Source: Geosiphon pyriformis uo1
Taxonomy: Eukaryota > Fungi > Glomeromycota
Assembly (NCBI GenBank): GCA_016748015.1
Contig: JAAOMT010000473.1
Span: 13,182-39,164, forward strand
DNA length: 25,983 nt
Reading direction: 5' to 3'
The position numbers were made by a program, and so were the translations under genes. The notes beneath the pieces are model-generated. The model saw only the letters and a program-made list of their open reading frames with translations. It made no database searches and was not told the origin of the DNA. Shown one piece after another: positions 19,689-25,983 of this stretch (positions are counted from its first letter, which is position 1; each line of letters starts with the position of its first letter).

Positions 19689-20828
19689 TCAAAAGTCGTC
19701 ACCAGTGGAAAGTGCAGCGAGGTTCCTGTTGATGTGGAGTTTTGCAATTTCCTTGGTGTTGATCGTTGTCGGAGGTGCACCCGTTGTAGTGCCTTTCGCC
19801 TTGCGGCATTCCTCCTCCTTGTGCTCGCACCATAACTCGTGGTGTTTGCACCAGTAGAACTGCTTTCCCTTGATGGATTTGGCCCTGGTTTCGTTGCCAG
19901 TAGGTGCCTTGTATTTCCAATCAGGGTACTTGCGATTCTTGGTCGCTTTGGTGTCCTTGCCCTTGTAGACGGGCTTGGGCTTTGCATCCTTGTTGTTGGG
20001 GGTCGGTTTCTTGTTCTTTTCCCCAATCAACCTTTGCACCTGTGCGTTGAGTGCGACGATCTGTTTCTGCTGCGAAGACTCCTGGTTCCAAGCATTGTCG
20101 TCAATCAAAGTTCTATACTTATTAACCGCTAGTGACATTAGCCTTTCTGGCGTCAGATTGATGAGCGTCCCATCGTTGTAGTCGTCCTCGCGATCACAAA
20201 TGTACTTGCGAAAAGTCTCGTCAGAAGTACTCTTGTAACCACGGAAAAGGTTGACGAGAAGATCCGAAGTAGTTTGGCCACGTGCTTCAAGTGCCATCAC
20301 GTTGGTTTGAACATCGATGTTGAACTGTTCGATGTCTGAACCAACGTCCTGCATGTGTTGCGACAAGTTCATTAACTTCTGCCGAATCTGTGAAACAGTT
20401 GCTGGTGTGTCGACCTGGGCAGTCGCGATGATCGCTTTGAAGAACAGCAATCCATCGGGTTGGTCCAACACGGTGTACTCGTTGAATCGGGTCGCGACTT
20501 TGATCCTTGCCTCATCAGTGAGCGTTGCGAAGAGACACTCGTAGATCTGATAGGCGTTTTGATAATTTCGCGTTTGCGTGTTGATGTAAGTCAATGCGTG
20601 AGCGCGAATTTGATCATATGTGACGAAGCCGTAATTGTCAGTTAAATCGAAGTTATGACCGTTAACTGGTATCTGCAAAGTAGTTGTCCAATTTGCCGAA
20701 TTGGCTCGTTTGCGAAAGGTATCCACAAAGAGCCGAAGTTTGTCAGGCTTGAGGTCGTACTTGGTCTCCAATGCCTGGGTTGCCATCTCATAGACTCGTT
20801 GTCCATACCTAGAGGTGTAGTCGATCAA
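19689..20828 (-). CDS. Copia Gag (5' partial)
   Basis: Capsid-like helical region, basic linker and WCKHHELWCEHKEEEC (CHHC knuckle). TGA at 19689-19691. Confidence 0.88.
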   Translation of the reverse strand: MIDYTSRYGQRVYEMATQALETKYDLKPDKLRLFVDTFRKRANSANWTTTLQIPVNGHNFDLTDNYGFVTYDQIRAHALTYINTQTRNYQNAYQIYECLFATLTDEARIKVATRFNEYTVLDQPDGLLFFKAIIATAQVDTPATVSQIRQKLMNLSQHMQDVGSDIEQFNIDVQTNVMALEARGQTTSDLLVNLFRGYKSTSDETFRKYICDREDDYNDGTLINLTPERLMSLAVNKYRTLIDDNAWNQESSQQKQIVALNAQVQRLIGEKNKKPTPNNKDAKPKPVYKGKDTKATKNRKYPDWKYKAPTGNETRAKSIKGKQFYWCKHHELWCEHKEEECRKAKGTTTGAPPTTINTKEIAKLHINRNLAALSTGDDF

Positions 20829-20848
20829 NNNNNNNNNNNNNNNNNNNN

Positions 20849-21025
20849 GCCGATGAAGTCAGTTACAGGGAATGTGAGGTTGAATGTGTTTGAGTCATAG
20901 GCAAAGGATGGGTCAGTGAGGTTCCATTTCTCGGCTAGAGTAGCGAGGAGTCGTTGTTGGTCGCCTTGAGCTGCGACAGCGGAAGCAGAAGCTAGAGCAG
21001 CAAATAGAATAGCGGTAGTCTTCAT
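20849..21025 (-). CDS. Surface glycoprotein family, copy D (5' end only)
   Basis: 59 codons, differing from copy B by one synonymous change (TCT/TCC). Confidence 0.9.
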
Positions 21026-22011
21026 CTTGAATGTATTGTATTGTTTGCTTTTCTTCTTTAGAGAAGTCGAGTTGAGTTTGTATTGTATTGTATTTTGTGT
21101 AGTAATTGTTTGGTTGATGTTTCGAATGGTGGTTCGAAAATTATGAGTTTGTGAATGTAGTCCATGGATAGGGTTTGTTGGTTCGCATTCTACCGGGTCA
21201 TTCGGAAAAACTCTTTGTCAATGTATATATAGTCGTAAAGGGGAAGGGCGATCCTTCCTTCTTCTTTGAAAAGTAAGTGCGATAGGAAATTCGAACTGCA
21301 TACAGCAGCCATTCGCAAAACACACGGCATTCTATTCATGTCACAACGTGGTCATTTCGGGGTCTCTTTGTGCTCTACGTGTACATAGATTATATGAGGC
21401 AGAATGACGAAGGACTTGCTGCTGGTACAGTAGAAGTAAAATGCGAGAAGAAAATAGATTCGCCGAAGCCAATCCTCGCTCTGTTTACCGCTAGTTACTT
21501 CATGATGACCGTAAATATTATCGTAAATCGCCTTCAAATGCCGTGCTACCGGTTACCCGTACCTCGTACAAGTACGAAATACATCAATAGAACGCACAGG
21601 ACCTATGAGGATCTTTATTGAAAGTGAAGAACTATTCTGACAATTTTTGTCTGATGTGCACGAGTACCGAATAGGGCAAACTGGTTGAGATATCATTATA
21701 CTAACGTGTACGTTAGTACAATAGAAATTAAGCGCTGAAATATATTGTGCTTCATGACATGCGTGACAGACTTGCCAGAACTTTATACAGCTGACTGTGT
21801 TTTGGTGCTTTCAAGTATTCTATATCAAACATTATGACTTCCAAGTTCTAGGAAAGCCCTCGAGTCGCAAATTACAAGTTCAAGATTCCGAATCCACATG
21901 GGGGTTCTCTGAGAAATGAGAACAGACAAAACACGACGCACAAAAACTTATGGAAATAGATACAACAGTTTTTTGCTCATCTACAAGGTAGTATACTCTA
22001 TGATAAAGTTA
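21026..22011 (-). repeat. Diverged copy of the intergenic spacer 2835-3866
   Basis: Reverse complement aligns collinearly with the spacer between copies A and B, with many substitutions and indels. Confidence 0.9.
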
Positions 22012-22031
22012 NNNNNNNNNNNNNNNNNNNN

Positions 22032-22689
22032 GTAGGACAATCGACTCCAGTGATCGACAAAGACAGTTGCAAATTTATACCTTTTAATTGTTAGCGCGCC
22101 TTTCATTTGCCCAATGAATCCGGGGCTCGTCGACTCCAGTTGATCCACCGATACACAGTCGCCCGGCGCCGTGATGGTGGCCGGCTCGACTTTGGAAGGT
22201 TTCTGCTTAGTACGCCATGCTCTTCGAGTCATTTTCCCATACAGGCACCCCGCACACTTTGGTATCTTGCAGGTAGCTAGTCGTTTGGGAATATCCGAAT
22301 TGTTTGCCATGACTCTCAACTTGTCGAATGACGTGTGTCCAAGTCTAAGATGCCATCTCATCAACTCCGCCTCATCGTCACTAAGAGCACGCTCGGGGAA
22401 GTTACTGTTTTCGTTGGAATCCACATTGTCATCGTGAAAGTCAATTGTTGTAGGCTCTGCTGACGCTGTAGTTTCATCGTTGGTTCGATTAGATGCTAAA
22501 ATCGTGGCATCGTCATCATCGTTGTCCGAATCAGTAGTTGCTGTAGTTTCCTCCAATCCCTCGGTAGCTGGGAAGCAAGTAGCTTCTGCAAATGGGTTTG
22601 GTATCGTGGTGTTCGTGACTTCAGCAATGAATGATGTTGCTCGGGAGTAGCTGGGTGCCGACTTCAATATTCCTACGTTGGAATTACTT
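22032..22689 (-). mobile_element. Second copy of CoDi-like Copia pol fragment (linker and integrase N-terminus)
   Basis: Matches ~18186-18843 with identical protein translation. Confidence 0.95.
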
Positions 22690-22709
22690 NNNNNNNNNNN
22701 NNNNNNNNN

Positions 22710-25700
22710 CCTTAAAGTCCCTCGGCTTCATCAATCGAAGTTCAATCTCATCTTGTCCTGCGATGTAACCAACAAGTCGACCCATTGCACGCCAGTGTTC
22801 CTCTCCTGGATTGTCCATGTACATAGCCAATTCTCGAATGGTGTTGAGTGCCTCGGGCATCAACTTGCGAACGAACCACATCAGGCGACCAAGTAGCTTC
22901 CGGTAGTTCTCCTTGTCCACTTCATCGCCTTGGTTCTTGGAGAGAGATTCTCCTGGAAATCCTGGAGTCTTAGCATGTTTAGGGTCCTTTCCGGTGATCT
23001 CTTTCCAGTCGTTGAGTATATCATTCTTGTAACCTTCCATGGTCATCCGAAAATATTCTTGCCCACTTTCATTCTTATGATGCTCATACCACACACCAAG
23101 ATGTTTCTTGATAGGTCCAAGGTCAGTGATGTTGAATCGTTCCTTGACTCCTTTCTTGAAAGATTCAACTTCCTCCTTTGTTCCAGCGATGATGCAGTCA
23201 TCGACATAGACGGCAACAAGAAGTATCAAGTTCTGGTTCGCATCATGTTTGAACCAAATACATGGGTCGGCAAGGCTTTGCGTCAAGCCCATACTCTCAA
23301 GGTGTCTCGAATAGGTGATAAAGAACATGCGAGGACTTTGAACGCACCCGTACATGGCCTTCTCCAACTTAAGACAGCTTCCATCCGTTTCGGTCTCTGA
23401 AAAGTATCCGAATTCTTTGGCACCGGGTGGCCATTCGATGTAGATATCTTCGTCCAACTCTGCCTCCAAGAACGCTGCCTCAATATCAATCATTTCGACT
23501 GTCCATCCCTCAAGCATCATGGCGATTGCTAGGGTGACCTTGATTGAGTTGTCTTGGGCCACTGGGGAGTGAGTGTTAGTGTAATCAACACCGGGAATCT
23601 GGGCATACCCTTTTACCACAACTCGTCCCTTGTGTCGGGTTGATCCGTCTTGTTCTTGCTTCTTTTTGAAGACCCATTTCACCTTGATAGGCTTCTGACC
23701 CTCACGTAGCTTTGTCAACTTAGTTGGGGTCCAGACTTTGCGTTTTATAAAGTTCTCAAGTTCACCCTTGATCGCTTTGATCCACTTTACTCTGTCAGTG
23801 CAACTGATTGCTTCTTGGTACGACTTGGGCTCGCCTGGGTCTGAAGACAACTGAACGTTAAAGACTTCTTGCACATCGGCATTAGCATTCTCTTCCGTTG
23901 CTTCGGCATTTGTATTTGCTGCAGCTGCACCGGTCGTTGTAGGGTTGTAATATGTGTTGAGCTTGGCAAGTTCTCTTGAAAGTCTGTTGGGACGAGGGCT
24001 TGCTGCTGGAGGACCTGGAGGAGGATTCTCGGGTGGAGTATCATCATCGTTCCTCCCTGCTCCAGCCGGGGAATCATCCTCATCGTTGTCCGGAACGGCA
24101 ATTGAGGTTGGGCATGGTTTAGGTGGTGCCGGAGGTGGCTCGTCCTCCCCAATGTGGTCATCGGTTATATCAACTTGTTCATCACCAGCAAACATCTTCA
24201 GAGACGTTGGGATTGCTTGGGAACCATGCCAGTCCGCCCATGTGATGTCGCGAGATGCAATTACACGTCCTGTGTCTGGATTGAACATTCGATACACGTC
24301 ACCGGCATGATCGTCGGCATAGCCCATGCACACCATCTTGGTACTCTTGGGTGACAACTTGTTGACATGCCCCCGCTCCTTCACGTAACCGATTCGTCCC
24401 CATTGGACGAGATGATCCAGAATGCGTGGATGCTGGCCATACCAAAGTTGATCGGGACTGTTAGGACTGCTTGCCACGTTTGGTACCGCGTTGTGGAGCT
24501 TGGTTGCCGTCATCACTGCCTCGGCCCACAACTGTGCCTGATGCTCGTCGCTCAATTGGGCACCAAGCATCATTGCTTGTGCACGATCTCGAATGGTAAC
24601 GAACTTCCTTTCGACGACTCCATTGGTCTGTGGAGTGTAAGGAGCAGTAAGTTCCAATTGAATACCATGATCACGACATACTTCACCGATACCTTTCAGG
24701 TTCTCTCCTGCGTTGTCGCAACGGAGATACTTTACTGCAATGGTGGCTCCCTTAAGCTTGAGGACCAGATGTTCGAATGCCTTCCTTGCATCCGTCTTCC
24801 TTGGGACAAAGAAGCTCCAGGCCTTCCTGGTTTTGTCATCAACCACCAGGACCCAGAACTGATTACCTTTGACTGTTTTCTTGTAAGGTCCACTGATGTC
24901 GATGTACAATCGTTCCCCTTTGGTGTCGGCGGGTTTGCTTGGAGTCTTCGACACTCCTTTGGCCTTGGCCTTGGCATAGGCGCAAGCCTCGCAGCTTCGA
25001 CGGTCTCCAATGATCACATAGTTCAAGTCGCGAAGTAGGGTCTTCAATGGTCCGTCGCTGATGTGGCCAAACAGTTCATGAGCATCGTTGATGTCGATTA
25101 TCTTATTGAACTTTGAGGAACCCTTGCCTTTGGTGACCTTGGTCCATCCTGACCCATCCTTGTCAACCTTAGTGCTGGGGTTGCTCGACTTCAAGATCGG
25201 AAACACGTTGTGACGGTCTAGCCCAGGCGTTGCTTTCCTTGCCTCGAGGTAGAAGAGCGGTTGATCACGTTGCTCAATCAAGATCTTGCTTCCCAACGGG
25301 TTTCGAAGTAGCATTTGTCCTCTGCCCATTTCGACCTTGTTGCCTGCCTTGACGAGCTGTCCGATGCTGATGATGTTCTTTGCGATACCAGGGACGACCT
25401 TGACTTGTTCCAAACGGATGAGGACCTTGTCTTTGGTCTCCAGATAGAGAGTGCCTTCGAGTTTTGCTTCCATTGCGCTGTTATCTCCTATCACGACTTG
25501 GTCCTTGCAGCTGCGGGTGTTCACAAGTCCCTCCTTTGTGCCAACAACATGACATGAGGCACCCGAGTCCATGAGGTACTTTCCAAACTGACTTCTTGCC
25601 GCCTCTTCCGACTTGATAGTCTTGGAGTCAGCGATGGTTTGGCACCATAGCATGCCAACAAACATTCCGGTCTCACTCTTGGTCTTGGAGGTACAGTCCC

Positions 25701-25983
25701 TTGCAAAGTGACCCTCCTTGCCGCACTCAAAGCAAACCTTCTTGGTACTACGACACTCGGTGGCCTTGTGCCCTTGCTGGCCACACTTGCGGCACTTCCC
25801 TTTGAACTTTTTCGCCCCAAACCACTTGGTCTTGGCAGGTCCTCTTGCATTGCCTGCGCGGCGGTCTTCCACATTAAAAGCAACATTGGTCTGCTTGATA
25901 GTTGACTTGGTGTTGCTTCCCGGATCTGCAAAGTCTCTCTTCCACTTCTTTGCAATCTCGCGCTCAATGTCCCGGACCGAATA
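22710..25983 (-). mobile_element. Second Ty1/Copia lineage, single gag-pol ORF (partial at both ends)
   Basis: Frame is open from the window end. Two CCHC knuckles, LMDSGASCH protease, HELFGH..CEAC, YIDISG/RCDNAGE/NGVVER integrase and VYVDD RT. Confidence 0.95.

Larger units (their letters stand above)
15631..20828 (-). mobile_element. Ty1/Copia LTR retrotransposon, diatom CoDi-like, internal region
   Basis: Domain order gag-PR-IN-RT-RNase H. 5' end is at a gap; 3' end is interrupted at 15630. Confidence 0.95.
2476..22709. other. 13 assembly gaps of 20 N
   Basis: 2476-2495, 4584-4603, 5333-5352, 5760-5779, 8022-8041, 8824-8843, 10351-10370, 13754-13773, 14874-14893, 15323-15342, 20829-20848, 22012-22031, 22690-22709. 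Confidence 0.99.

Noticed and set aside
19650-19691. Selenocysteine UGA with SECIS
   Set aside because: Eukaryotic SECIS elements lie in the 3' UTR; there is no AUGA/GA quartet and the position is not catalytic.
2835-22011. Giant inverted repeat bounding one ~19-kb composite element
   Set aside because: The arms are gene plus spacer duplicates on separate contigs whose orientation across gaps is unverified.
22930-25557. Several plus-strand ORFs of 60-223 aa
   Set aside because: Antisense shadows of Copia pol with no motifs.

Overview
Eukaryotic, transposon-rich scaffold, probably from a diatom (inferred from CoDi-type Copia motifs, GTACGT...CAG introns and RXL-motif secreted proteins). It consists of 14 contigs separated by 13 gaps of exactly 20 N, so ORFs crossing gaps are artefacts and contig adjacency is unproven. 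Mobile elements: a DIRS/Ngaro-type tyrosine-recombinase retrotransposon, a CoDi-like Copia (three pieces plus a complete 259-bp LTR), a second classical Copia, a Gypsy-like gag, and a frameshifted Helitron Rep/Pif1 with a probable Helitron 5' end inside the Copia RNase H. Host genes: a frameshifted GT31-like glycosyltransferase with a 20-nt micro-exon, and four copies or fragments of a secreted, probably GPI-anchored ~383-aa glycoprotein. Two signals stand out. (1) The surface protein family is tandemly arrayed, shows gene-conversion-like homogenisation, and has an architecture resembling animal zona pellucida (ZP) module proteins. (2) In the CoDi-like Copia, gag and pol are in the same frame, separated by one UGA followed by a 15-bp hairpin, and the linker encodes two predicted transmembrane segments.
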